Source of the DNA: Mobula hypostoma
Taxonomy: Eukaryota
Assembly: GCF_963921235.1 (NCBI RefSeq)
Contig: NC_086101.1
Location: forward strand, 5,768,001 to 5,832,000
Length of the DNA: 64,000 nt
Reading direction: 5' to 3'
Every line of letters starts with the position of its first letter. Within the stretch, counting starts at the first letter, position 1. The position numbers were made by a program, and so were the translations under genes. Below the pieces are notes generated by a model that saw nothing but the letters and a program-made list of their open reading frames with translations, did no database searches and was not told the origin of the DNA. Below, in pieces: positions 1 to 12,140 of this stretch.

Positions 1-1390
1 TTCTTAAATGTACTTACTCTTTCTGCACATTTAACTCCATGCTCCGTCAGACCATCCCTCTGCACATGTATCCTCCTTATCACTCGTTCCGCCTCACCTT
101 TATCTACATCACACTTAATATTCCGGAACCGTGTAGTCCCCACCTGTCCTTTATACTTCATCTCACTATCCTCTCTCACATTCTGGATCCCTGCCCCCTG
201 CAAATTTAGTTTAAACCCCCCCAAACAGCACTAGCAAGTATGTTAGTACCCCTCCAGTTCAGGTGTAAATGGTCCCGTTGGAACAGATCCCACCTTCCCT
301 GGAACAAAGCCCAATTATCTAAAAACCTGAAGCCCTCCCTCCTGCACCATCCTCTCAGCCACATATTGATCTCTATAATCCTTCTGTTCCTCGCCTCACT
401 CGCAATTGGCACAGGTAGCAATCCTGAGATTGTTACCTTGGAGGTCCTGCCCTTCAGCTTCGCACCTAATTCCCTGAACTCACTACGCAGGTCCCCCTCA
501 CTCTTCCTACCCACGTCGTTGGTCCCTACATGGACCACAACATCTGGATTCTTGCCCTCCCTCTCGAGAATAACCTGCACCCGATCTGAGATGTCCCAGA
601 CCCTGGCACCAGGGAGGCAACATACCATCCGAGACTCCCGATCTCCCCCACAAAATCTCTTATCTGCCCCCCTGACTATAGAATCCCCTATCACTACCGC
701 TGACCTCTCTTCCCTCCTCTCCTTCTGAGTCGAGGGTCCAACCTCAGTGCCAGAGACAGGACCACTGCAACTTGTTCCTGGTAGGTCATCCCCACCAACA
801 GTATCCAAAATGGTATATGTTGATGGGAATGGCCACAGGGGTGCTCTGCTCTCTCTGCCTGCTCCCCCTCGATCTCCTGACAGTCACCCAGTTGCCTACC
901 TCCCGTATTTTCGGTGTGACTACCTCCCGATAACTCTTATCTATCTCTGTCTCTGCCTCCCGAATGATCCGTAGTTCATCCAGCTCCAGCTCCAATTCCC
1001 TAACGCGCTCTGATAGGAGCTGCAGCTGGATGCACCTTCTGCAGGTGTGGTCATCAGGGACAACTGCATTGACCCTGATCTCCCACATACTGCATAGGGA
1101 GCACACCACTGCTCTAACTATCTCCCCCATTACCTGATCCCAGATTAATCAGAATAAATGAAAAAGTACCTACCGACCTTACCTTTTTTCCTCAGCAAGC
1201 ACGTACTCAGGCTCACTGCTTACCTCTCACTGAAGACCCCCTTACGCCGAAGCCCACTGAGCCAAAGCCCAGCACTCTGCTCCCCCGCACTCCACTGCCC
1301 GCACCGACACTGCCCGCACCTGAAAGTGGGCCTCTTTTTAAACTCCGCGCTCGCCGCTGACGTCACCCGTGCCTGCGCAGTTTTAACTTC
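1..1390 (-). mobile_element. CR1 LINE, 5' part (5'UTR plus ORF1 with zinc finger/coiled coil and SGNH esterase; one frameshift)
   Basis: ORF 786-1130 has CxxC...CxxC and LELELDEL. ORF 206-808 has VIGDSIVRG, VVHVGTND and DHLHLN, the CR1 ORF1 esterase motifs. The element continues off the left edge. Confidence 0.9.
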
Positions 1391-1570
1391 CTCCTCAGGT
1401 AATGCCAAGGTAGTCCCGATCTTCCTCGGCCTACCTACAATGGCTGATCCTCCGATCTCCAGTCGTCCATCGACCTCAAGTACTCCTTGCTCCTGCACCC
1501 ATGCTCCCACACAGACTTATTACAAGCTGCTGAAAATTCCCACTTACTCCCACTGACGCACATGGAGAAA

Positions 1571-1990
1571 GAAACATAGAAAACCTACAGCACAATACAG
1601 GCCCTTCAGCCCACCAAGTTGTGCTAAACATGTCCCTTCCTTAGAAATTACTAGGCTTGCCCATAGCCCTCTATTTTTCTCAGCTCCGTGTGCCTATCCA
1701 AAAGTCTCTTAAAAGACCCTATTGTATCCGCCTCCACCACCGTTGCCAGCAGCCCATTCCACGCACTCACCACTCTCTGTGTAAAAAAACCTACCCCTGA
1801 CATCTTCTCTGTACCTACTCCCCAGCACCTTAAACCTGTGTCCTCTTGTGGCAGCCATTTCAGCCCTGCGAAAAATCCTCTGACTATCCACACGATCAAT
1901 GCCTCTCATCTCTATCAGGTCATCTCTCATCCTCCGTCGCTCCAAGGAGAAAAGACCGAGTTCACTCAACCTGTTTTCATAAGGCATGAA
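1571..1990 (-). mobile_element. CR1 3' fragment (mirrored at ~63,598-64,000 on +)
   Basis: Reads LGLFSLERRRMR...FFTQRVVSAWNGL, followed by a CR1 3'UTR and tail. Confidence 0.85.
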
Positions 1991-2302
1991 AGGGGGACAC
2001 AGAACCACGGAAGAAAGTACAAGGAATGTTTATGAAAATTATACCATAACTGAGAGGATGGAACTTACAGGAGAGACTGGACAAGTTGTGCATTTTTATC
2101 TGGATATGATGTCAGGGAGGATCAGCTGGAGGAATTTAAGATTCTGAATGGAGTTAATGGGGTGGGAATGGAGAAAATATTTCTGCTTATGTGGAGACCA
2201 TACGTCAAAGATAAAACATCAGTTAGTCGTTAATGAATGCCACAAGAAATGTGGTGAAGAGAACGTGGATCTCACTGCCACAGGAGTGGGTGAAGTGGAA
2301 CA

Positions 2303-4646
2303 TAGAACATAGAATAGTACAGCACAGTACAGGCCCTTTGGCCCACAATGTTGTGCTGACCCTCAAACCCTGCCTCCCATATAAGCCCCCACCTTAAACT
2401 CCTCCATAAATCTGTCCAGTAGTTCCTTAAATTTCACTAGTGAATCTGCCTCCACCATTGACTCAGGCAGTGCATTCCATGCACCAACCACTCTCTGAGT
2501 AAAAAACCTTCCTCAAAAATCCCCCTTGAAGTTCCCACCCCTTACCTTAAAGCTATGTCCTCTTGTATCGAGCAGTGGTGCCCTAGGGAAGAGGCGCTGG
2601 CTATCCACTCTATCTATTCCTCTTATTATCTTGTACACCTCTATCATGTCTCCTCTCATCCTCCTTCTCTCCAAAGAGTAAAGCCCTAGCTCCCTTAATC
2701 TCTGATCATAATGCATACTTTCTAAACCAAGCAGCATCCTGGTAAATCTCCTCTGTACCCTTTCCAATGCTTCCACATCCTTCCTATAGTGAGGTGACCA
2801 GACCTGGACACAGTACTCCAAGTGTGGCCTAACCAGAGTTTTATAGAGCTGCATCATTACATCGCGACTCTTAAACTCTATCCCTCGACTAATGAAAGCT
2901 AACACCCCATAAGCTTTCTTAACTACCCTATCCACCTATGAGGCAACTTTCAGGGATCTGTGGACATGTACCCTGAGATCCCTCTGCTCCTCCACACTAC
3001 CAAGTATCCTGCCATTTACTTTGTACTCTGACTTGGAGTTTGTCCTTCCAAAGTGTACCACCTCCCACTTCTCTGGGTTGAACTCCATCTACCACTTCTC
3101 AGCCCACTTCTGCATCCTATCAATGTCTCTCTGCAATCTTTGACAATCCTCTACACTATCTACAACACCACCAATCTTTGTGTTGTCTGCAAACTTGCCA
3201 ACCCACCCTTCTACCCCAACATCCAGGTCATTAATAAAAATCACGAAAAGTAGAGTTCCCAGAACAGATCCTTGTGGGACACCACTAGTCACAATCCTCC
3301 AATCTGACTGTACTCCCTCCACCACCACCCTCTGCCTTCTGCAGGCAAGCCAATTCTGAATCCACCTGGCCAAACTTCCCTGGATCCCATGCCTTCTAAC
3401 TTTCTGAATAAGCCTACCATGTAGAACCTTGTCAAATGCCTTACTAAAATCCATAAAGATCACATCCACTGCACTACCCTCATCTATATGCCTGGTCACC
3501 TCCTCAAAGAACTCTATCAGGCTTGTTCGACACGATCTGCCCTTCACAAAGCCATGCTGACTGTCCCTGATCAGACCACGATTCTCTAAATGCCTATAGA
3601 TCCTATCTCTAAGAATCTTTTCCAACAGCTTTCCCACCACAGACGTAAGGTTCACTGGTCTATAATTACCTGAACTATCCCTACTACCTTTTTTGAACAA
3701 GGGGACAACATTCGCCTCCCTCCAATCCTCCGGTACCATTGCGGTAGACAACGAGGACATAAAGATCCTAGCCAGAGGCTCAGCAATCTCTTCTCTCGCC
3801 TCGTGGAGCAGCCTGGGGAATATTCCGTCAGGCCCCGGGGACTTATCTGTCCTAATGTATTTTAACAACGCCAACACCTCCTCTCCCTTAATATCAACAT
3901 GCTCCAGAACATCAACCTCACTCAGATTGTCCTCACCATCATCAAGTTCCCTCTCATTGGTGAATACTGAAGAGAAGTATTCATTGAGGTCCTCGCTCAC
4001 TTCCACAGCCTCCAGGCACATCTTTCCACCTTTATCTCTAATCGGTCCTACCTTCACTCCTGTCATCCTTTTTTTCTTCACATAATTGAAGAATGCCTTG
4101 GGGTTTTCCTTTACCCTACTCGCCAAGGCCTTCTCATGCCCCCTTCTTGCTCTTCTCAGCCCCTTCTTAAGCTGCTTTCTTGCTTCCCTATGTTCCTCAA
4201 TAAACCCATCTGATCCTTGCTTCCTAAACCTCGTGTATGCTGCCTTCTTCCACCTGACTAGATTTTCCACCTCACCTGTCACCCATGGTTCCTTCACCCT
4301 ACCATTCTTTATCTTCCTCACTGGGACAAATTTATCCCCAACATCCTGCAAGAGATCTCTGAACATCGACCACATGTCCATAGTACATTTCCCTGCAAAA
4401 ACATCATCCCAATTCTCACCCGCAAGTTCTAGCCTTATAGCCTCATAATTTGCCTTTCCCCAATTAAAAATTTTCCTGTCCTCTCTGATTCTATCCTTTT
4501 CCATGATAATGCTAAAGGCCAGGGAGCGGTGGTCACTGTCCCCCAGATGCTCACCCACTGAGAGATCTGTGACCTGACCCGGTTCATTACCTAGTACTAG
4601 ATCTAGTATGGCAGTCCCCCGGTCGGCCTGTCCACATACTGTGACA
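2303..4646 (-). mobile_element. Young 5'-truncated CR1 (end of endonuclease plus RT), left arm only
   Basis: RT motifs (YRPVNLTSVVGK, DFSKAFDKV, GVPQGSVLG, FADN) and a (ttctatg)n-like tail. Flanked by ggaaca at 2,297-2,302 and 4,647-4,652. The right arm has the empty site near 63,285. Confidence 0.95.
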
Positions 4647-5286
4647 GGAACAGCAGAGACTGAATGTAATGGGGAATCTGCATAAACACATGGGGGACCA
4701 GGGAGTTCGGGGCACTGTTGCTCTGTGTGGTGAATGTGTAGGAGGTTGCTTGTGAAGCAGGGAAATTGATAGAAGATAGGCTGAAAGACCTGTCTATGAT
4801 GGAAAATGGGATATAATCCGAAAAAGAATATATCTGAAAAACAAAACAGATGGTACAAAATTCTCCAAAACAATGAACCTGATACAAACCAGATATTGAT
4901 GGTAAATCTGATGTGTCGGTCACATTCTGCAATTCAACCTCAGTTCCCACTGATCAACAGACCCACCATACCAGACACACTCACAGCCAGTGACTGTAAC
5001 TGGGTGTTACTCTGGGTATCAGGGGATATTATATGTGGGAATCACAGAAACGATCACCAGCTCAGTGCTCTGATCAGCGTAACTCATTCCCGAGAGGTTG
5101 CAGGCTGTTCTGTTATGTACAGATGTTGTGGGAGGCCGGTTTGGGGAACGCAACAGATCTGAACAGTGAAAACATCTGTCCAGTTTAAATCAGTTTACAA
5201 CTACAGTATTTGTAAATACCACACTGATTTAAAATACCTCATTCTGAGACTGTGCATTTTTACAGATCCAAACTGAAATCTCTCAC

Positions 5287-5520
5287 CATGAGGAATATGA
5301 TATTGTCTTGTTGATCCATCCGTTCCTGTAACTTTGAGATTTCCTCCTGGATAGAATTTAAATTCTCTTGAATCTCTCGAAGATTTTTCTCCATTGGATT
5401 TAGAATCCTCTCCTCTTCTTCCCTGAGATCTCGGAGTGCGTGCTGCTCTTTCTCGCTGATAATCCGGCGCAGTTCATCAAACTGGGATGTGATGTGGGAC
5501 TGAACGCTTTGTGACTGTTC
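5287..5520 (-). CDS. TRIM paralog A, coding exon 3 (234 nt, coiled coil)
   Basis: Acceptor tttaacag|GAA and donor ATG|gtgaga. Open frame EQSQSVQSHITSQFDELRRIISEKEQHALRDLREEEERILNPMEKNLREIQENL...IFLM; phase 0-0. Confidence 0.9.
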
Positions 5521-5561
5521 CTGTTAAATGAAAGGAGAGGCTAGTTTATTATTTGGCCAGA

Positions 5562-5967
5562 GGACCACAACCTTGCCATTGGGTTTGGAGGCTTGTGTGC
5601 CTCAGTGACCCAAAGAACTCTGTTGGCTGGAATGTGGGCTTTATGCTTGGTAGGGTCACCCATGCCAAACAGGTCAAAGGATAGAGGCCAGAGTAAGAGT
5701 GGTCTACTGGTCCTCCAGGTTCATGGGTTCAGCTCAGGGCTAACAATACTGACTGGTAAAACAAAATTGTTACGGAAACAATGAAGAGTCTTTCTACATC
5801 TGAATGTCATGTTATTCCTGAGTCTCCACTCAGGACCTGCATGACTGACAGTAGTGAAAACCGAGAAGTAACTACTGACATGTTTAATGAAGACATGAAC
5901 ACGGCCAGACATGGAGGACCTTCATTGCTGTCCTAAACGCCAGTGGCATAACAGGCAGTAAGTAAGT
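5562..5967 (+). mobile_element. Non-autonomous RTE-derived short element (RTE-like 5'UTR fused to 3' tail)
   Basis: Begins ggaccacaaccttgcc...ggtagggtcacccatgccaaacaggtc, resembling fish RTE/Expander 5'UTRs, and ends in (agta)n. No ORF. The right-arm copy is split by three insertions. Confidence 0.6.
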
Positions 5968-5979
5968 GGCTTGCAGATC

Positions 5980-6770
5980 ATAGTCATAGTCATACTTTAT
6001 TAATCCTGGGGGAAATTGATTTTCATTACAGTTGCTCCATAAATAATAAATAGTAATAGAACCATAAATAGTTAAATAGTAATATGTAAATTATGCCAGT
6101 AAATTAGGAACTAAGTCCAAGACCAGCCTATCGGCTCAGGATGTCTGACCCTCCAAGGGAGGAGTTGTAAAGTTTGATGGCCACAGGCAGGAATGACTTC
6201 CTATGACGCTCAGTGCTGCATCTCGGTGGAATGAGTCTCTGGCTGAATGTACTCCTGAGCCCACCCAGTACATTATGTAGTGGATGGGAGACATTGACCA
6301 AGATGGCACGCAACTTGGACAGCATTCTCTTTTCAGACACCACCGTCAGAGAGTCCAGTTCCATCCCCACAACATCACTGGCCTTACGAATGAGTTTGTT
6401 GATTCTGTTGGTGTCTGCCACCGTCAGCCTGCTGCCCCAGCACACAACAGCAGACATGATAGCACTGGCCACCACAGACTCGTAGAACATCCTCAGCATC
6501 GTCCGGCAGATGTTAAAAGACCTCAGTCTCCTCAGGAAATAGAGACGGCTCTGACCCTTCTTGTAGACAGCCTCAGTGTTCTTTGACCAGTCCAGTTTAT
6601 TGTCAATTCGTATCCCCAGGTATTTGTAATCCTCCACCATGTCCACGCTGACCCCCTGGATGGAAACAGGTGTCACTGGTGCCTTAGCTCTCCTCAGGTC
6701 TACCACCAGCTCCTTAGTCTTTTTCACATTAAGCTGCAGATAATTCTGCTCACACCATGTGACACCATGT
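5980..6770 (-). mobile_element. Rex1/Babar-type LINE 3' fragment, left arm only
   Basis: KTKELVVDLRR...YKYLGIRID...FYESVVASAI...SFLPVAIKLYN and a (gactat)n tail. Flanked by gatc at 5,976-5,979 and 6,771-6,774. Confidence 0.85.
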
Positions 6771-6849
6771 GATCTTTGATCATATTTCCCTGAAACCCAG
6801 TCTTCCTCACTGACCCATTAACTCCCACCTGATTCACATACAAACCCCC

Positions 6850-6995
6850 TTCACGGGGTTAATTACAGTGGCCAATTTACCGTTCAACCATGGAATGTCG
6901 GCTAAAAGAAGGTACTGGTTACAGAGAGAACGTGCAAACTCTACGCAGACAGCACCTGAGGTCAGGATCGAACCCGGGCACTGGAGCTGCGATAC
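6850..6995 (-). mobile_element. tRNA-derived SINE fragment (V-SINE/HE1-like); mirrored at ~55,606-55,760
   Basis: Pol III B-box GGTTCGATCC followed by gctgtctgcgtagagtttgcacgttctc, a V-SINE-like core. Confidence 0.65.
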
Positions 6996-7064
6996 TCTGC
7001 TATTCTGCATTAAAGGGAACAAAACTACACAACGATATTGGAAATTCTGCTCAGGAAACCTCAC

Positions 7065-7160
7065 CCGAACTCCAGAAATCTTCTCTTTCTGTTGCTGCTC
7101 CATTTCCTGAAAGTGCGATTTCTTTTTTGTGAGAGAGTCTAAGGAAGATTTAACCCGATC
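7065..7160 (-). CDS. TRIM paralog A, coding exon 2 (96 nt)
   Basis: Acceptor cattcccag|GAT and donor CGG|gtgagg. Encodes DRVKSSLDSLTKKKSHFQEMEQQQKEKISGVR. A 96-nt phase-0 exon is typical of TRIM genes. Confidence 0.92.
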
Positions 7161-7246
7161 CTGGGAATGAAAGAGTGAATGGATTAGACAAAAAGATGAC
7201 ACTTTTGGATGAGACAAAAAGACGATCGAAAACAGGTTATTTTTAC

Positions 7247-7657
7247 CTTGTAAATTTTAACGGCTTCGTTAACCGGCATGAAGTTGTGAGACTTGTGTTC
7301 CAGTGCATCTCTACAGATCAGACAGATCAGTTTCTTGTCCGTCTCACAAAACAGCTTCAGTTCTTCCTCATGTTCCTCGCAGTGAAGTTTACTTTCCTTC
7401 TCTTTCGGATTCAGGTTTAGTTTTCGAGCTTTCTCAGACAGATTTGCTAAGGCCCGACTGACCCTGAGGGTGCGGTCTGCAATCTCCTCTCTACATTCCG
7501 GGCAGGAGTTTCTCTCCTCCCTTTCCCAATACCGTGTGATACAGGAGCGGCAGAAGTAGTGACCACACTCCAGTATAACCGGTTCGGTGAAGAAATCCAG
7601 GCAGATGGGACAAATTGCCTCCTCGGTCCAACTGTCGACCTGTCGTTTCGAAGCCAT
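7247..7657 (-). CDS. TRIM paralog A, coding exon 1 (C3HC4 RING plus B-box 2); TRIM27/TRIM39/A33-like E3 ligase family
   Basis: MASK...CPICLDFF...CGHYFCRSC...CPEC...CEEHEEELKLFCETDKKLICLICRDALEHKSH. Donor AAG|gtaaaa. C-terminal exons were not found in the window. Confidence 0.95.
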
Positions 7658-7668
7658 GTTAACTCCGG

Positions 7669-7698
7669 CACTTCCTGGTTCAGGATCCTTTCACTTTC
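7669..7698 (-). promoter_or_regulatory. IRF/ISRE-like element (GAAAGTGAAAG, 7,688-7,698) and ETS motif (CAGGAAGTG, 7,669-7,677) just upstream of the TRIM-A ATG
   Basis: Matches the GAAANNGAAA IRF core and the GGAAGT ETS core. Function is inferred only. Confidence 0.55.
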
Positions 7699-7929
7699 GG
7701 GGAGCTGCTGAACGCCTGCAGTACCGCGATTGTCCTCTATGCACGCTGCAGTCTCGGGAATGAACATAACGTTGCTGCAAGTGTTCTCCGGGAAGGATTC
7801 GCGGCAATTTCCACCTCAGGATTGGATCAGAAACACATTAAAGAGGTGTCAATATAAACGAGCGCGGAACCTGATTTAGTGTAAGGCAGAACTGAAAGGG
7901 ACAATTCTTGAAAAGCTAGACAGATTGTT

Positions 7930-9655
7930 GACCTGTTGTCCGACTCTGCTCCTGGGTGCTCCTGCCCCACTGAACTCGTGGCCTCACACATCGACCCCAC
8001 TCTATCCCATTCGAGTCAGTCCCTTCCAACCTATATCCGCGACACTTCTCACGGCCTCAATCTCCTTAGCAGTTTTCAATTCCCTGGCAATCACTGCCTC
8101 ATCTTCACCATGGATGTCCAGTTATAACTTCCATCCCCCATCAACAAGGCCTTAGAACTCTCTGTTTCTTTCTCAATAAGAGAACAAACCAGATCCTCTC
8201 CATCGGAAAGGACTGGTGCTCACCCTTACCAATTTTCCTTCCGCTCTTCCCACTTTCTCCAGACTCAAGGGCTATACACGGGTATCTGCATGAGCCCAGC
8301 AATGCCTGTCTCTTTGTTGGCTACATAGAACAGTCCATGCTCCAGGCCTTCCACAGTAATGCTTCCCAAATCTTCCTCAGAAACATTAATGACTGCATTG
8401 GTGCTGTTTCATGCACCCATGCTGAGTTTATCAATTTCATCAACTTTAACTTCCACCCTTCACTTGAATTCACTTGGTTCATTTCAAACACCTCCCTCCC
8501 CTTTGCCCTTCTCTCTGCCTCCATCTCTGGAAACAAACTGTCAACCGACATATTTTATAAACCTACTGATTCCCACAGGTAGCTTGACTATGCCTCTTCC
8601 CACCCTGTCTCCTGTAAAAATGCTATTAATTTTTCTAAATTCCCAGATTTCCACTGTATCTGTTCCCAGAATGCAGTTTCCCCTTCCGGAACATCAGGTA
8701 TGTCCTCCTCTGCAAAGAACAGGGTTTCCTTTCCTCCATTATTGATGTTGCCCCACCTGCATCTCCTCCATTTCCCGAACATCTGTGCTCACTCAATCTT
8801 CCCTCTACCTTAACAGTATAGAGTTCCTCTTGTCCGAACCTGCCAGCATATAAGTGTCTGCATCCAACACATCATCCTCCGAAACCTCCTCCATTTCCAA
8901 AGAGATCTGACCACCAAACATATCTTTACCTCCTCCCTACTCTTCTCATGCCTGACCATTACCCCTGCAAGCAGCCAAAGTACCCATTCACCTCCTCCCT
9001 CACCTCCATTCAAGGACCCAAAAAAGTCCTTCCAGGTGAGGCAACACTTCATCTGCTGGGGTCATTTATTTGGTCTGCCGCTCCCAATACAGCCTCCTCT
9101 ACATTGATGTGACCTGTTGTAAACCGGGGACTGCTTTGTCAAATACCTCTGCTCCATCTGTCAAAGATGGAACTTCCTGGTGGCCAAACATTTTAATTCC
9201 AATTCTCGTTCCCATTCCGAACTGTCAGTCCATGGCCTTCTCTTGTGCGAAAGAAAAGCACCATGTATTATGTCTGGGTAGCCTCCAATCTGATGGCATG
9301 AATTTTATTTCTGCTTCCAGAAAAAAATTCCGTCCCCCTCCCCTCTTCATCTATTCCCCACTCTGGCCTCTTATCTTCACCGAACTGACTATCATCTCCC
9401 CTGCATCCCCTCCTCCTTCCCTTTCTCCTATGGTCCATTCTGCTCTCATATCAGATTCCTTCTTCTCCAACCCATTATCTTTCCAACCTACCTGGCTTCA
9501 CCTATCACTTTCCAGATATCTTCCTTTCCGTCCCGCCCCCGCCCCCCCAACCGATTTTATTCTAGGGACTTCCCCTTCCTTTCCAGTTTTGAAGTAGGAT
9601 CTCGGCCTGAAACGTCATTTCCATAGATGCAGTCTGACTTGCTGATTTTATCCAG
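7930..9655 (+). mobile_element. Degenerate Penelope-like element (RT, GIY-YIG and terminal repeat); mirrored at ~52,865-54,665
   Basis: FLRNINDCIG...FHPSLEFTW...DIFYKPTDSH, a degenerate Penelope RT palm/thumb. Confidence 0.8.
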
Positions 9656-9659
9656 TAGA

Positions 9660-11010
9660 GAACTAAGAACATAGAAAATCTACAGCACATTACAGGCCCT
9701 TCGGCCCACAACGTAGTCCCGGCCATGAAACATACTCTAGAAGCTGCCTGGAATTTCCCTACTGCGTAGCACCCTATTTTTCTAAGCTCCATGTACCAAT
9801 CTAAGAGATTTTTAAAAGACCTTATTGCACCTGGCTCCACCACCTTCACTGGCAATGCATTCCACGCACCCGCCACTCTCTGTGTGAAAAAATTACCCCT
9901 GACATCCCCTTGTACCAACTTCCAAGCACCTTAAAACTATACCCCCCCCCCCGCCCCGTGTTAGCCATTTCATCCCTGGGAAAAGGCCTCTGACTATCCA
10001 CATGATCAATGCCCCTCATAATCTCATACACCTCTATCAGATAACCTTTCATCCTCCATCGCTCCTAGGAGAAAAGGCCAAATTTACTCAACCTATTCTC
10101 ATAAGGCACACTCTCCAATCCAAGAAACATCCTTGTGAATCTCCTCAGCACTCTCTCTATAGTATCCACATCCTTCCTGTAATGAGATGACCAGAACTGA
10201 CCACAGTATTCTCAGTGGGGTCTGACCAAGGTCTGATACAGCTGTAACATTACCTCACAGCTCTTGATCTCAATCCCACAGGTGATGAACCTTCTTAACC
10301 ACACTGTCAACCTGCGTAGCATCTTTGAGTGTCCTATCCACACAGACCCCAAGATCTCGCTGATCCTCCAGACTACCAAGAGTATTGCCATTAATATTAT
10401 ATTCTGTCTTCAAATTTGACATACAGAAATGAACCACTTCACTCTTATCTGAGTTGAACTTCATCTGCTACTTCTCAACCCAGTTCTGCATCCTATCAAT
10501 GTCCCCCTGTAACTTCTGACAACCTTCCAGACTATTCACAACTTCCCTAACTTTTGAGTCATCACCAAACTTACTACAGCACCCTTCTACTTCCTCATCC
10601 AGATCATTTATAAAAATCATGAAGAGAATGGGTCCAAGAACAGAACCCTGCAGAACACCACTGGTCTCCGTCCTCCATGCAGAATACGAACCATCCACAA
10701 TCTCTCTTTGCCTTCTGTGCTCAAGCCAATTCAAGACCCACAAAGCAAGGTCTCCTTGGATCCCATGCCTCATTACTTTCTGAATGAGCTTCGCATGGGG
10801 AACCTTATCGAATGCCTTACTGAAATCCATATACACTACATCCACTGCTCCACCTTCATCAATGTGTTTTGTTACATCCCCAAAGAATTGAATCAGGTTC
10901 GTAGGGCACAACCTGCCCTTGACAAAACCAGACTATCCCTGATCAGATTATGTCTCTCCAAATGCTCATAAATCCCGCCTCTCAGGATCTTCTCCAACTA
11001 CTTGCCCACC
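9660..11010 (-). mobile_element. Older CR1 fragment
   Basis: [27 protein letters not shown] and FFTQRVAGAWNALP. Confidence 0.85.
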
Positions 11011-11049
11011 ACTGGGAAAAGGGGATGGGATGGTGAAGGAGAAGTGGGG

Positions 11050-11560
11050 GGCATTACCATGGGCTCCTCCACTGTCGTGATGAGTCCACAATTAGGTTGG
11101 AGGAACAACACCTTATATTCTGTCTGGGTAGCCTCCAGCCTGATGGCATCAACATTGATTTCTCGAATTTCCGGTAATGCCCCCAATCCCCTCTCCTTCA
11201 CCATTCCCCATCCCCCGTTTCCCTCTCTCATCTTATCTCCTTGCTCGCCCATCGCTCCGTCTGGTTCTCCTCCCCATAAACTTTCTTCCATGGTCTTCTG
11301 TCTCTTCTATCAAACGCCCCCTTCTCCAGCCCTGTATCTCTTTCACCGATCAACTTCCCAACTCTTTACTTCATCCCTCCCCCTTCAGGTTACTCCTATC
11401 ACCGTGTGTTTTTCTCTCCCTTCCTCCACTTTTTAAATCTGCTCCTCAGTTTTTTTCCTCCAGTCCCGCCGAAGGGTCTTTGCCCGAAATGTCGACTCTA
11501 CTTTTTTCCATAGATGTTGGCTGGCTTGCTGAGTTCCTCCAGCATTTTGTGTGTGTTGCA
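11050..11560 (+). mobile_element. Penelope 3' fragment with terminal repeat
   Basis: GIY-YIG C-terminal remnant, a pyrimidine-rich 3'UTR, and the terminus gctgagttcctccagcattttgtgtgtgttgc. Confidence 0.75.
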
Positions 11561-11689
11561 CCGTGTACATCGAGTCCTTCCTGGTGACTTGTGGTCAAAG
11601 GTGTTGGTCTGGAGGAACTGTGCCCGAGTTCATTAACGCAAAGTTCACATGCACAGGCGATGAACAAAGTTACTGACAGGAGCTTCCTT

Positions 11690-12140
11690 TGACTCTGAGA
11701 ACAAACTCGGCGCTTCCATCGGACTGAATCCGCAGCTGACGGAGGCGGTCCATCAATCGGCCGGACCGGCTCTCATCGGCCGAGGAGTGAGCCCCGCCCA
11801 GTGGGCCGTCCATTGCCACCGGGAGCGAGTGGCTCCGATCCGGGGACAGGCTGCAAATCGGCAGCGGCACTTTGGCAACCGCTGCAACACCGACCGGGGC
11901 TGCGAATCTTTTCCGTTGTGGAGGTGAGGAGATTCCTTGAGATGTTCCAGCTATACGGAGGGTGCCCGGCCTTTCCCCGCCGGGGATCGGGGCCTGTTGT
12001 CTGCAGCTGCCTCCAAAACCCGTCTCCTGCTGCTGGGAGACCGGAGCTGCGTCGCAGCGGCTGCTGATGGGTCGCTGGTGCTCTCACCTCTCTCCTGTGC
12101 AATCCGACAGACTGAGGGCGAGGGAGGACAAGCACCGATG
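11690..12140. other. CpG-rich island-like segment (copy at ~51,395-51,830; diverged third copy at ~42,860-43,108)
   Basis: Dense CpG in an otherwise CpG-poor window, and not recognisable as a TE. Confidence 0.6.

Noticed and set aside
1335..1380. CRE (TGACGTCA, 1,358-1,365) plus TTTAAAAA as a host promoter
   Set aside because: It lies at the 5' end of a CR1 and is best explained as the element's internal promoter.
3089..4873. 594-aa ORF as a novel host-RT fusion gene
   Set aside because: The N-terminal ~78 aa is intronic read-through into a 5'-truncated CR1 that is absent from the other arm. The RT frame stops prematurely at 3,089.
1..5286. Downstream TRIM exons (short linker exon, PRY/SPRY)
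   Set aside because: No recognisable match here or in 62,635-64,000. They probably lie outside the window, so the C-terminal domain and full integrity of paralog A are unknown.
5562..5760. HDV-like ribozyme in the RTE-type 5' region (ggaccac at 5,562 can pair with gtggtct at 5,699)
   Set aside because: I could not build the nested double pseudoknot (P2/P3/P1.1/P4 order) by eye. Only a long-range stem is supported.
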